Source: an uncultured Mycoplasmatota bacterium (GTDB taxonomy: Bacteria; Bacillota_I; Bacilli_A; RF39; UBA660). From it: a DNA stretch of 64,000 nt. The notes under the pieces were generated by a model. It was not told the origin of the DNA, ran no database searches, and saw nothing but the letters and a program-made list of their open reading frames with translations. A program made the translations under genes and the position numbers. Location of the stretch: NCBI GenBank assembly GCA_946497145.1, contig CAMMJA010000003.1:1169-65168 (forward strand), given 5' to 3'. Positions 39,244 to 49,319 of this stretch are shown here, in pieces. Numbering within the stretch: the first letter of the stretch is position 1; the number at the start of each line of letters is the position of its first letter.

Positions 39244-39723
39244 ATGAAAAAGATCTATTTTGCTTTTTTCTTTCTTTTGGTGCTGTTTCAATTTTTTTTA
39301 ACTACGACAAAAGAGGTGAGTACGGTATCACAAGAAGTGTTTCGCGATAACCAAATAGAACAAAATCATTACTATCTTTCGTTTGAGCATGAAACCTGTA
39401 CTTCTCGTGATTTGGATACGTATTTTGAAGACCTCGATGTTGAAATTGAAAGAATTTATCCTAAAATACAATTATCTATTGTAGATGATAAGATTAATCA
39501 GCAATTGTTTTCCTTTTCTTATTATGATAGAGAATTATTGGAACAACAGTATAAGAAAATTTTACAAAATTATGGTTTGGATCAGGACATAGAAAAAGTC
39601 AATCGTTATGGTGTCTTGGTTTCCAAAGTAAAAATTGCTACTGATTATTCGACATTGCAACAGTTATTAACTCGTTTTCCTAGTTTACAATACAGTCATC
39701 AATTAGAAGGAAAGTATCGATAA
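39244..39723 (+). CDS. Secreted/anchored protein of unknown function
   Basis: N-terminal signal/anchor MKKIYFAFFFLLVLFQFFL. AGGTGA RBS. Confidence 0.45.
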   Translation: MKKIYFAFFFLLVLFQFFLTTTKEVSTVSQEVFRDNQIEQNHYYLSFEHETCTSRDLDTYFEDLDVEIERIYPKIQLSIVDDKINQQLFSFSYYDRELLEQQYKKILQNYGLDQDIEKVNRYGVLVSKVKIATDYSTLQQLLTRFPSLQYSHQLEGKYR

Positions 39724-39770
39724 AAACGATCTTTTGTGTTATAATAAAATAGATTAAAAGGAGGTTTTTT

Positions 39771-40721
39771 ATGAACGATGAAAAGATGATGGATACTACA
39801 AAACCGAAATTGAGTATTTTAGAAACGTATGGGGAAAATTTTACCGAGAAAGAATATATTACCAATCCTGCCATTGGTCGTGATGAAGAGATTAAACAGT
39901 TAATTTTGATCCTTTTGACGCCTGAAAAATCTGCAATTTTGACGGGAAAGCCAGGAATTGGGAAAACGGCTATTGTCGAAGGACTTGGTTATCGTATTCA
40001 AAGAAACGAAGTACCACAAGCACTTCAAGGTTATACGATTATTAAAGTGAATACATCTGCATTGATTGGGGTAGATCCTGTCACAGGAGAACCAAGAATT
40101 CAAATTTTATTAAACGAAATTAAGAATAAAACGAAGTTAATTTTGTTTATTGATGAAATTCATACGTTGATGGGTAAAGGGGAAGCAATGGATTTTGCTA
40201 ACATTTTTAAACCTGGTTTGGATCGTGGAGATATTAAAGTCATTGGTGCGACGACTACGGATGAGTACGAAAGATACATTCTTCGCGATAAAGCGTTTGT
40301 GAGACGTTTTCAAAAAGTCGAAGTCGAAGAACCAACACGTGAAGAAACCATTAAAATATTGATGGGAACTCTTCCAAAAATAGAAAAGAAAACCAATGCT
40401 AAATTGATGTATACCACTTTTATTCAGGAAAAGATCATGGCGTTTATCGTGGATCTTACGAGTGAATATCGTAGGGTTTACGAAATTGGTTCTAGATATC
40501 CTGATATTGCATTGACGTTGTTGCAACAGGCATTTTCTTATGCTGTGTTCGATAATTCAAATAAGGTAAACATTATGCATGTTTACAAGGCAATTGAAAA
40601 TAGTAAAAATGTTTATCCAGATGTAATAAAAAAAGAATTGGTTCGATTTAAAGAAGAATTTAAAGATCAGATTATGGAATATCGGGCTGGTCTTCCTAAA
40701 CAAGATTCTGAAGTGATATAG
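39771..40721 (+). CDS. Stand-alone Clp/Hsp100 D1-type AAA+ ATPase (no N-domain, M-domain or D2)
   Basis: PAIGRDEEIKQLILILL, Walker A GKPGIGKT, Walker B LFIDEIH, RGDIKVIGATTTDEY and FVRRFQKV motifs. Only 316 aa. Confidence 0.75.
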   Translation: MNDEKMMDTTKPKLSILETYGENFTEKEYITNPAIGRDEEIKQLILILLTPEKSAILTGKPGIGKTAIVEGLGYRIQRNEVPQALQGYTIIKVNTSALIGVDPVTGEPRIQILLNEIKNKTKLILFIDEIHTLMGKGEAMDFANIFKPGLDRGDIKVIGATTTDEYERYILRDKAFVRRFQKVEVEEPTREETIKILMGTLPKIEKKTNAKLMYTTFIQEKIMAFIVDLTSEYRRVYEIGSRYPDIALTLLQQAFSYAVFDNSNKVNIMHVYKAIENSKNVYPDVIKKELVRFKEEFKDQIMEYRAGLPKQDSEVI

Positions 40722-40725
40722 GGGT

Positions 40726-41163
40726 ATGATTTTGAAGAAAAAAACAGTGAATAAAAAGGGTATTTATGACATGATGTATGGCATTCGTTTGTTTGCCATG
40801 ATTTTGTTTCTTGTGTTATTGCTTTTGTTGCTTCCTAATATTTTGCGTGCTAATTGGCAGGGGTTTGTATTTTTAGGGCTTTCTATTGTGTTAGTCGGAA
40901 TTAGTTTAGGAATGCTGGTGTTAAAAAACAAAGTGGCTAACAGCAGTTTTTCGTATAACTTGCTTTACATTGGTATGGTAGGTTATTTATTTTTAATTGT
41001 TTGTCGCCTGTTTTTTGATGTTAGAGTAAAGATGACGATGATTTATGAACTTGATATGACGTACTTTAAAACTAATTATTTGATTTTGAGTTTTATTTTG
41101 ATAGGTATTATTTTGTATTCTGTTTTACTAATAGTAGAAGAAAGAAGAAAAAATGTAAAGTAA
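40726..41163 (+). CDS. Four-TM membrane protein, unknown function
   Basis: 145 aa hydrophobic protein, 4 nt downstream of the AAA+ gene. Confidence 0.5.
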   Translation: MILKKKTVNKKGIYDMMYGIRLFAMILFLVLLLLLLPNILRANWQGFVFLGLSIVLVGISLGMLVLKNKVANSSFSYNLLYIGMVGYLFLIVCRLFFDVRVKMTMIYELDMTYFKTNYLILSFILIGIILYSVLLIVEERRKNVK

Positions 41164-41249
41164 GTGATTTTGCTTCACATTTTTTTTGAAATCGTTTATA
41201 CTAGTAGTAGAGATAAGAGTATAAGTGAGGGTAGAAGAATACTTTTAAA

Positions 41250-41400
41250 CTTGAGCGCCAGGACTAATTAGTTGACGAGGTTGGTAGTAATCGAAAGATT
41301 CGGCGGATGCTATCACGGAACGCGAAATCGTTAGATGTATGACAAAAGGTAAAATCTTGAATACTACAAAACATATATCTTCGCACATTTTTGTTGTGGA
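41250..41400 (+). promoter_or_regulatory. glmS ribozyme/riboswitch
   Basis: Core AGCGCCAGGACU...GACGAGG...AUCGAAAGAUUCGGCGGAUGC matches the conserved glmS ribozyme core, directly upstream of glmS. Boundaries are approximate. Confidence 0.85.
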
Positions 41401-41410
41401 GGTATTTTTT

Positions 41411-43228
41411 ATGTGTGGAATTATTGGTTACATTGGGAAAAAACACAATGTAACAGATGTTTTAATTACGGGGCTTAAGGCCTTAGAATATAGAGGGTAT
41501 GATTCAGTAGGAATTGCTTTATGGAATGAGGATATGTTTAAGTTAATTAAATCTGCTGGCAAGATTAGTCATTTAGAAGATAAAATTCGCAAGGAAGGAA
41601 ATATGACTAGCCAAATGGGAATTGGCCATACGAGATGGGCAACGCATGGGGAACCAAATGATACCAATTCTCATCCTCATCGTGTAGGAAATGTGACTTT
41701 GGTACACAATGGTATTATTGAGAATTACCAAGAATTAAAAGAAGAGTTGATCAAAAAAGGGTATCATTTTGCGTCTGATACAGATACGGAAGTGATTGCT
41801 TCCTTATTGGATGACATCAAGAAAAATAAAGAAAATTATTTGGAAATTTTACAAGAGTTGACGACTCGTTTAAGGGGTTCTTATGCCTTAGGAATTGTTT
41901 TTGATCAGGATAAAAATCATTTGTATGCACTAAGAAAAGATAGTCCATTAATTCTTGGAATTGGGGATAAAGAGAACTTTATTGCTTCTGATATTCCGGC
42001 GATTATTCCTTATACGAAGCAATATATTTTGTTGGAAGCAGGAGAGATAGCAAGATTAAGTGAAGATGGTATCGATCTTTTTGATACTTCTTTGAAGCCA
42101 ATTTCAAAAAAAATCCAACAAGTAAATTGGACCATGGAACAGGCGGAAAAAGGTGGATATTCGCATTTCATGTTGAAAGAGATCATGGAAGAAGAAAGGG
42201 TATTAAAAGATACTATTCTGCCTTTTGTAAAAGATAAAGAAACATTATTAAGTAAGATGCCTGATTTGAAGAAGTATGATCAAGTTCACATTGTCGCATG
42301 TGGTAGTGCGATGCATGCTGGACTTGTGGGAAAATATTTAATAGAAACGTATGCGAACATTCCTGTTACCGTAGAAGTAGCAAGTGAATATCGCTATAAA
42401 AAGAATTTTTATACGGATCATACTTTGGTTATTTTGGTATCGCAATCTGGAGAGACGGCCGATACCATCGCAGCACTTCGTTTGGCAAAGGAATCTAAAG
42501 TGGATACTTTAGCGATCGTCAATGTGTATGGTAGTACCATTGCAAGAGAAAGTGATCAGGTGTTATATATTTATGCAGGTCCTGAGATTGCTGTGGCAAC
42601 GACAAAGGCATATACGTTACAAGTTGCTATGTTGTCATTGGTGGCTTTGACGATGGCTATTAATCATAAGCAAATGAAAGAAGAAGAAATTACCATGTTG
42701 TTAGAAGCGTTTCAAAATTTACCCGAAATATTAGGTGGATTGTTGGAAAAACAAGAAAGTTATTTTGAAATAGCCAAGATGTTAGATGGTAGTGAAGATG
42801 TTTTCTTCTTAGGTAGAGGTGTCGATTATGCACTAGCGATGGAAGGAAGTTTGAAATTAAAAGAAATTTCTTATATTCATAGTGAAGCGTATCAAGCAGG
42901 TGAGCTAAAACATGGAACTATTTCGTTAATTGAAAAAAACACACCGGTTATTGCTTTGGTAACGGATGAAAAGTTGGCGGAAAAGACCATTAGTAACATT
43001 AAAGAAGTGAAGGCAAGAGGGGCGAAAGTTATATTGGTTACGTTAGAATCGTTAGATCGTGATTATGATTTCTGCGATCAAAAGATTGTATTGCCAGTTG
43101 TTCCACCTTTTGTACAACCAATTTTGGTTATGCCACCGTTACAATTGTTGTCGTTTGAAGTTGCAAGAAGACGTGGTTGTGACATTGATAAACCAAGAAA
43201 TCTTGCCAAATCGGTTACGGTAGAATAA
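41411..43228 (+). CDS. glmS: Glutamine--fructose-6-phosphate aminotransferase
   Basis: MCGIIGY N-terminus, two SIS domains, C-terminal KSVTVE. The ORF track start at 41339 runs into the ribozyme and is rejected. Confidence 0.95.
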   Translation: MCGIIGYIGKKHNVTDVLITGLKALEYRGYDSVGIALWNEDMFKLIKSAGKISHLEDKIRKEGNMTSQMGIGHTRWATHGEPNDTNSHPHRVGNVTLVHNGIIENYQELKEELIKKGYHFASDTDTEVIASLLDDIKKNKENYLEILQELTTRLRGSYALGIVFDQDKNHLYALRKDSPLILGIGDKENFIASDIPAIIPYTKQYILLEAGEIARLSEDGIDLFDTSLKPISKKIQQVNWTMEQAEKGGYSHFMLKEIMEEERVLKDTILPFVKDKETLLSKMPDLKKYDQVHIVACGSAMHAGLVGKYLIETYANIPVTVEVASEYRYKKNFYTDHTLVILVSQSGETADTIAALRLAKESKVDTLAIVNVYGSTIARESDQVLYIYAGPEIAVATTKAYTLQVAMLSLVALTMAINHKQMKEEEITMLLEAFQNLPEILGGLLEKQESYFEIAKMLDGSEDVFFLGRGVDYALAMEGSLKLKEISYIHSEAYQAGELKHGTISLIEKNTPVIALVTDEKLAEKTISNIKEVKARGAKVILVTLESLDRDYDFCDQKIVLPVVPPFVQPILVMPPLQLLSFEVARRRGCDIDKPRNLAKSVTVE

Positions 43229-43256
43229 AAGAGAGAAATCTCTTTTTTTGTTGCAT

Positions 43257-43280
43257 AAAAAAAGACTGTTGAAACAGTCA
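43257..43280 (-). terminator. Rho-independent terminator of the cotJ operon
   Basis: GACTGTT/AACAGTC stem followed by T7 on the minus strand. Confidence 0.7.
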
Positions 43281-43285
43281 TAACA

Positions 43286-43867
43286 TTAATTTTCTCTTGG
43301 TTCGATTTTACTTTGATATTGTTGTTGATATGCTTCGAATAACTCTTTGAAACGATTGTAATGTACAATTTCTCTTTGACGTAACCATAATAATGGTCCA
43401 ATGACATCTGGATCGTTGGTCATGTCAATTAGGTTTTCATATACGGCTCTTGCCTTTTGTTCTGCAGCCATATCTTCCATTAAATCAGCAAGTGGATCAC
43501 CGGTTGCGGCAAAATAAGTAACGGTAAATGGAACACCGTTGGAATCCGTTGGGAATAGTGCTGGACCATGCTCGGCATAATTGGTACCAAGACCTGCTTC
43601 CATCAATTCTTCGACTGTAGCATCCTTAGTTAGTTGATAGATCATGGTGGAAATCATTTCAATATGCGCAAGTTCTTCCGTTCCAATATCCGTAAGTAAC
43701 GCTTTTCCGCGATTATCTGGCATCGTATAACGTTGATTTAAATAACGAAGTGCTGCTGCTAGTTCTCCATTTCCTCCACCATATTGTGTTACTAAATATT
43801 TGGCCATTCGTAAATCCTTCTTTTTGATGTTAATTGGATATTGTAATCTTTTTTGATAAGCCCACAT
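43286..43867 (-). CDS. cotJC: Manganese-catalase-family spore coat protein CotJC
   Basis: MWAYQKRLQYP N-terminus and the EELAHIEM motif of the ferritin-like/Mn-catalase fold. AAGGAGG RBS before ATG 43867. Confidence 0.85.
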   Translation of the reverse strand: MWAYQKRLQYPINIKKKDLRMAKYLVTQYGGGNGELAAALRYLNQRYTMPDNRGKALLTDIGTEELAHIEMISTMIYQLTKDATVEELMEAGLGTNYAEHGPALFPTDSNGVPFTVTYFAATGDPLADLMEDMAAEQKARAVYENLIDMTNDPDVIGPLLWLRQREIVHYNRFKELFEAYQQQYQSKIEPREN

Positions 43868-43868
43868 G

Positions 43869-44369
43869 TTACATACCTCCTTCATCCCATGGGAAATTAA
43901 GTTGTTCCCACATCCAAGGGAATTGATTTAATTGTTCACTCGTAATAGTGATAGGACCAAATTTTTCTTCGTAAGCACGTAATGCCTGATTAGACATTGT
44001 ACGATAGTCGTTAAATAGACGATTGATACTACGGTCATTTGGGAAATTGTCTAAATACAAGTTTAATTCATGAGCAGCGAAAGCAAGCTGAGCATAATTT
44101 AAAAATAATCTATCTTTTTCGTTTCTAGGGGTAAGAACTGCAGGACGATAATTTTTATATTGTTGATAAAGGTCTCCAAATAAGTTACCTCTCATAAACC
44201 CTTCCTGCGGGGTGGAAAGTTGTGTGTTTCCCTGAATTCCAGTTTGCATGTTAGAATTCATTTGATTAGGATTCAAGGTGTTATTTTGAAACATATTGTT
44301 GGGTAATGTCATCATGTTGGCTGGCATCATATCCAAAAATCCATTACCTTGTTCATTAAAATTATTCAT
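43869..44369 (-). CDS. cotJB: CotJB-like spore coat protein with N/Q/M-rich N-terminus and a CotJA-like motif
   Basis: C-terminal FAAHELNLYLDNFPND is CotJB-like. The upstream RGNLFGDLYQQY resembles the CotJA motif. AAGGAGG RBS before ATG 44369. Confidence 0.6.
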   Translation of the reverse strand: MNNFNEQGNGFLDMMPANMMTLPNNMFQNNTLNPNQMNSNMQTGIQGNTQLSTPQEGFMRGNLFGDLYQQYKNYRPAVLTPRNEKDRLFLNYAQLAFAAHELNLYLDNFPNDRSINRLFNDYRTMSNQALRAYEEKFGPITITSEQLNQFPWMWEQLNFPWDEGGM

Positions 44370-44474
44370 AATTGCCTCCTTCATCATTAGTCTATGTACC
44401 CAGGATGTTTGTGTATGGGACTTTGTCCAATAGGAAGGAAAAAATAGTATTTTTATCTATTTTTGAAAAAGGGC

Positions 44475-44503
44475 TTGTCAAAGATAGAAAATATTGATAG
44501 AAT
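44475..44503 (+). promoter_or_regulatory. SigA-type promoter of tRNA-His
   Basis: TTGTCA, 17-nt spacer, TAGAAT. Ends 17 nt before the tRNA 5' end. Confidence 0.55.
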
Positions 44504-44520
44504 AAATACGTATTTCACAT

Positions 44521-44597
44521 GGCGATGTTGGTGAAGTGGTTAACACGCTGGTTTGTGGCACCAGTATGCAAGGGTTCGATTCCCTTACATCGCCCCA
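44521..44597 (+). tRNA. tRNA-His (anticodon GUG), CCA encoded
   Basis: The cloverleaf folds by hand. The 8-bp acceptor stem includes G-1:C73. Anticodon stem CTGGT/ACCAG with loop TTGTGGC. T arm AAGGG-TTCGATT-CCCTT. Confidence 0.95.
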
Positions 44598-44630
44598 TAA
44601 TGGAAAAAAGTCGAATAGACTTCAAGATAA

Positions 44631-44657
44631 AAATCGATTCTTACGAGTCGATTTTTT
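44631..44657 (+). terminator. Rho-independent terminator after tRNA-His
   Basis: 10-bp stem AAATCGATTC/GAGTCGATTT, TTAC loop, T run. Confidence 0.7.
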
Positions 44658-44827
44658 GTTGTCTCAAAAATGATAAACAATTTCGGTCAATTCATTTCAT
44701 ATGTGTTTGCGTTTGCTATTTTTTTTCATAAAAAACCAAAATACTCATTTTTTTCACCTCTATATTTTTATCTTTTTTAAAATTTATGATATGATGTAGT
44801 TAGCAGAAAGTAAAGGAGAGATGAATC

Positions 44828-47800
44828 GTGAAGAAAAATTATGTTTTGGGAGTCGATATCGGTATTTCATCTGTTGGTTGGGGGCTATTACAATTAAATG
44901 AAAAAAATGAGCCGTTTAAAATACTTGATACCGGTGTTAGGATATTTACTCCAGGAGAAGTGCCTAAAACAGGTGCTAGTAAAGCTTTAGAAAGGCGTCA
45001 AAAAAGGGGAACTAGAAGAATTAATCAAAGAAGAGAATATAGGTTAGATAGAGTTCGACTTCTCTTAAGTAACAATGGCTTTCTTCCTAAAGTTTCCAGT
45101 GAGATTAAACCGAGTGAAAGGGAAGAGATCTTAACATTAGAATTTGATAAGTTATTAAATGAATACTACAAAAATAAAAATACCAATCCTTATGAGTTAA
45201 AAGTAGAAGCATTAAGAAGGAAACTTTCTAATGAAGAGTTAGTCATCATTTTGAATCATTATGCGAAACATCGTGGTTATAAATCTAATAGAGAAGATGC
45301 GAAAGACAGCGAAAATGGTAAAATAAAAACTTCTATTAAAGAAAATGAAAACATCATGAAAGATAAGCACTACGAAATAGTAAGCGAGATGTTTATAAAA
45401 GATGATAAATTTAAAGATAAGATCAGAAATACAACCGATGATTATAAGATGTCTGTCACAAGAGAAATGTATTTAGCAGAAATAGAAAAAGTATTAACTT
45501 CTCAAATTAAATATGGACTCATCACAGAAAAATTTAAAGAGGAATATTTAAACATATGGAAGGGCCAAAGACATTATTCTAAAGGTCCAGGATATTATTT
45601 TTATCAAGAAGATGGTGTTACAAAGAAAAAACTATCTCCTTATGGAGATGAGAAAAGTTTAATCGCAAGAATGGTAGGTACTTGTAAATTTGATCATCTA
45701 CCACGAGCACCTAAATGTGCACCTTCATCTGAACTTTTTGTATTTTTAGAAAGATTATTGAATTTACGTTATAAGAATTTAGATAATTATGAAAAATTAA
45801 ATTCTAATCAAATTAAAAGAATAATAGAACTTGCTAAAACGAAAGATAAAGTTACTTATCAAGATATTGCTAAAATAATGGATTTATCTCATGTAATTTT
45901 TAAAGATAATAAATTGAGTAAAAATGATTATGTGAAATGTATTTCTGAATATAAAACGAAATATAAGATGGAAAAATTTGATTTTAATCAATTAACACTT
46001 GAAGAGAAGGATATCTTTCATGAATTGTTGAACAAGAAAAAAATAGATAGTGATTTTGGAGGAATAAAAACTTATTCTGTTTTTAGAAAAAATTTTACCA
46101 AATGGAACAAAGATGAGTGGGATAGAATCAAAGATAACTTTAAACTATTAGATGAAATTGCTGTGATTGTGACTGATTGCAAACTCGATGAAGATATCAA
46201 AAAAGAGGTCGAGAAATCGGATGCGATAGATGATCGTTATTATGAAGTTATCATTGATTTACCTAACTTAAAAGATCATTTAATGTTATCTTTAAATTTA
46301 ATATATAGATTAATTCCATTCATGTTAGAGGGTAATCGTTATGATGAAGCAATGGGGTTATTAGGGTTCAATCACAGTAATGCGTATGAAGACGCCATCA
46401 AGTATGATTTATTACCTCCAATAGATAGTGAGGATGGTATTACAAATCAAAGAGTTTTAAGAAGCGTTGCTCAAGCAAGAAAAGTAATAAATGCTATTAT
46501 TAAACAATATGGACTCCCTAAAGAAATAAAAATAGAAACGGCAAGAGAATTGGCTAAAACAAGAGAAGAGAGAAACAAAATAGAAAAAGCACAAAAAGAA
46601 AGATTTGAAAATAATTTAAGTATTAAACAATATTTAGCAACACTGTTACCTCATATTTTTCCAAGTGTTGATTATATATCAAGCACAGACTTATTAAAAT
46701 ATAAGTTATGGCAAGAACAAGGGGAACTATGCCCATATTGCCTGGAAAGGATAAAAATAGAGGAACTTTTTGATAATAATATAGTGCAAATAGATCATAT
46801 TTTACCTTATTCTAGAACTTTTGATGATAGTTATTTTAATAAAACTTTGGTATTTACGAAATATAATCAAGAAAAACGAGAAAAGATACCTTACGAGTGG
46901 TTTGGTAATACTATAAAATGGGAAAAATTTAAAAATTATATTATGTCTTTGAATATGAGTGATAGAAAGAAAGATAATTATTTACTTACGAAATTAACGG
47001 ATGAAATGGCTAACGAAATGCGTAATCAAAATTTAAATGATACGAAATATATTAGCAAATATCTAGTAAGTTTTATGAAAGCACATTTAAATGTTGAAAA
47101 AATAAGTTCTTATAGTGGTTCTCTTACAGGTAGATTAAGAGCAAGATGGGGTCTAAATGGTTTAACTCATAGTTTGGAATCAAGCAATTATCGTATAAAG
47201 AGAAACAACTATGAAGAAATAAAAAAGAATAGGGAGAACCATTTACATCATGCGATGGATGCTTTAGTTATCGCTTCTATTACAAAAAGTTTAGAACAAA
47301 AAATAGTTGAATATGAAAAGTTGTATCGCTATTTTGTTAATGCTACGAGTAGTACATTACAAGAATATATGGATCGTAATGATTTTTATATTACGGATTA
47401 TATAGATGAAAAAACAGGAGAAGTTACGAATAAAAGTATAAAAGAGTATATTGAAGATGGTTTAAGAAATGGCAAAATAAAAAATAGTTTAAAACATAAA
47501 GAAGTATATTATTTGGATTTTCCATTACCATATGAAAACTTTGATAAAGAATCTATACTGCGTGTTTATGAAAGAAATGCGGATGTTTTAAGAAGTGAAT
47601 TAAAAGAAATTGGTACTTATACCGATGAAGAACTTAATAGAGTTCATCCAATCTATCCTTCTTTTGCAAAACCAAAATTAAGTGGAGCATTACATAAAGA
47701 AACTTATTATGGTTATAACAAGGAAAAGAATACTTTGACGAATCGAATGAATGTAAATTCTACTAGTTTTAATAGAGAAAAATTAGATAGTATTGTGGAC

Positions 47801-48430
47801 CTAAAAAGTGGTAGTCAAGAAGTATATCGTACTTTGGTAAAATGGTTGGAAGGTTTTAAAAATGGAAAAGAAGCATACGATAAAAAGGGATATCCAATGA
47901 ATGAGAAAAGTGGAAATTTAATCAAAAAAGTTACGATAGAAACACCATATGAAGGTAAAGGTCATTTAATAAACGGAAAATTTGTAGAGAAAGAACATGT
48001 TTATCAGGTAAGTATTTATAAAAAAGATCATGATGATAGATTATATTTTGTAGGTTTTGATTTGTTTGATCTGGCACAAATTAAACGTAACAAAGATTTT
48101 GATTTAGTACTGTGGTATGGTTCAGGTAATTTAAAAATAAATTTAAAATATAGTGAGCTTAATCACGAATATTCTCATTATTTAGATTTACCGAAAAATC
48201 AATTGATAAAAGTTTTTACAACCAATAATATAGAAGTCATTTGTTATGTGGTTGGTTTTTCTAGTGGTGGTTTGTTAGAAGTAAAGGGACTAATTGGCGA
48301 TGGGAAAGATATATATGGCAACAATTGTTTATTTGAAAACCAAAGAAGGCAATATCGAATTGTAATTTCAAATATAAAAGATATTAAGAAGTTAGATATT
48401 ACGGTATTAGGTGAGATTTGTGGGCTATAG
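44828..48430 (+). CDS. cas9: Cas9 (type II effector, 1200 aa)
   Basis: RuvC-I GVDIGISSVGWG, Arg-rich bridge helix RRQKRGTRRINQRREYR, HNH QIDHILPYS...NKTLV, RuvC-III HLHHAMDALVIA. GTG start with a GGAG RBS. Confidence 0.97.
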   Translation: MKKNYVLGVDIGISSVGWGLLQLNEKNEPFKILDTGVRIFTPGEVPKTGASKALERRQKRGTRRINQRREYRLDRVRLLLSNNGFLPKVSSEIKPSEREEILTLEFDKLLNEYYKNKNTNPYELKVEALRRKLSNEELVIILNHYAKHRGYKSNREDAKDSENGKIKTSIKENENIMKDKHYEIVSEMFIKDDKFKDKIRNTTDDYKMSVTREMYLAEIEKVLTSQIKYGLITEKFKEEYLNIWKGQRHYSKGPGYYFYQEDGVTKKKLSPYGDEKSLIARMVGTCKFDHLPRAPKCAPSSELFVFLERLLNLRYKNLDNYEKLNSNQIKRIIELAKTKDKVTYQDIAKIMDLSHVIFKDNKLSKNDYVKCISEYKTKYKMEKFDFNQLTLEEKDIFHELLNKKKIDSDFGGIKTYSVFRKNFTKWNKDEWDRIKDNFKLLDEIAVIVTDCKLDEDIKKEVEKSDAIDDRYYEVIIDLPNLKDHLMLSLNLIYRLIPFMLEGNRYDEAMGLLGFNHSNAYEDAIKYDLLPPIDSEDGITNQRVLRSVAQARKVINAIIKQYGLPKEIKIETARELAKTREERNKIEKAQKERFENNLSIKQYLATLLPHIFPSVDYISSTDLLKYKLWQEQGELCPYCLERIKIEELFDNNIVQIDHILPYSRTFDDSYFNKTLVFTKYNQEKREKIPYEWFGNTIKWEKFKNYIMSLNMSDRKKDNYLLTKLTDEMANEMRNQNLNDTKYISKYLVSFMKAHLNVEKISSYSGSLTGRLRARWGLNGLTHSLESSNYRIKRNNYEEIKKNRENHLHHAMDALVIASITKSLEQKIVEYEKLYRYFVNATSSTLQEYMDRNDFYITDYIDEKTGEVTNKSIKEYIEDGLRNGKIKNSLKHKEVYYLDFPLPYENFDKESILRVYERNADVLRSELKEIGTYTDEELNRVHPIYPSFAKPKLSGALHKETYYGYNKEKNTLTNRMNVNSTSFNREKLDSIVDLKSGSQEVYRTLVKWLEGFKNGKEAYDKKGYPMNEKSGNLIKKVTIETPYEGKGHLINGKFVEKEHVYQVSIYKKDHDDRLYFVGFDLFDLAQIKRNKDFDLVLWYGSGNLKINLKYSELNHEYSHYLDLPKNQLIKVFTTNNIEVICYVVGFSSGGLLEVKGLIGDGKDIYGNNCLFENQRRQYRIVISNIKDIKKLDITVLGEICGL

Positions 48431-49307
48431 GCAAGTTGTTATTAAAAAATGTGAAAAACTTCATTTAGAAGATAGGCAACTAATAGTAAGTAAAGATAAT
48501 AATAGTTATAAAGTTCCACTTGAAGATATTAACTTTGTTTTGATAGAAGATAATACAACTACCATTACATCCAAAATTTTAGCAGCTTTTGGAGAAGAAG
48601 GAATATGTTTTATAGTTTGCGATGATAAGTTTGAACCAGTCAGTATTATGTATCCATACAATTATCATTTTAAACAATTAGAAAACATAGAAAAACAATT
48701 ATTTTTAGATCATAATTCTAAAAAGATAATATGGAAAGAAATCATAAAAGCAAAAATAGAAAATGAGATAGCTGTATTGTGTCAGACAAGTAAAGAAGAA
48801 AAGGTGATTAACAAATTATCACAATATGTGACGGAAGTAAGTCCAGGAGATGAAACCAATAGGGAAGGATTATCTGCAAAAATGTATTTTAGAAGCTTGT
48901 TTGGAAGCGAATTTATAAGATTTTATGATGATGCTATGAATGCAGGATTAAATTATGCTTATCAAATTGTTAAGAGTTCTATCATTAGAACTCTTAGCAT
49001 TTATGGCCTTAATTCTTATTTAGGGGTGAATCATAAATCTAAAGTAAATAATTTTAATTTAGTGTATGATTTGATAGAACCATATAGAGCAATAATAGAT
49101 TTATATGTATATAAATTAAAAGAACGTATCACATCGCCTCTTTCATTTGAAGTGAGAAAAGAATTGATCAATGTTTTAAATATACCAGTTATGACTAATA
49201 ATAAGAAATGTAGTTTAGAATATAGTATTGAAATATTAATAAAAAGTTATATCAAAACTATTAGTACAGGAGAAGTTGATTTGATATTTCCAAAGATTAT
49301 AGAATAG
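48411..49307 (+). CDS. cas1: Cas1 integrase
   Basis: 298 aa with NAGLNYAYQIV...GVNHKS...NLVYDLIEPYRAIID motifs. Overlaps cas9 by 20 nt. Confidence 0.9.
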   Translation: MRFVGYRQVVIKKCEKLHLEDRQLIVSKDNNSYKVPLEDINFVLIEDNTTTITSKILAAFGEEGICFIVCDDKFEPVSIMYPYNYHFKQLENIEKQLFLDHNSKKIIWKEIIKAKIENEIAVLCQTSKEEKVINKLSQYVTEVSPGDETNREGLSAKMYFRSLFGSEFIRFYDDAMNAGLNYAYQIVKSSIIRTLSIYGLNSYLGVNHKSKVNNFNLVYDLIEPYRAIIDLYVYKLKERITSPLSFEVRKELINVLNIPVMTNNKKCSLEYSIEILIKSYIKTISTGEVDLIFPKIIE

Positions 49308-49319
49308 AAGTGAAATGGT

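Noticed and set aside
41339-41410. N-terminal extension of glmS in the ORF track
   Set aside because: It overlaps the glmS ribozyme. The canonical MCGIIGY start at 41411 has its own GGAGG RBS.
44519-44731. 70-aa + strand ORF
   Set aside because: It starts inside tRNA-His and runs through its terminator. It is an artefact.
44740-44760. AATACTCATTTTTTTCACC upstream of cas9, resembling the tracrRNA anti-repeat (ATTACTCAAATTTTTACAGG)
   Set aside because: Only ~12 of the first 15 nt match, and most of the match is a T run in AT-rich DNA. No downstream nexus or terminator structure is present. It is likely chance.
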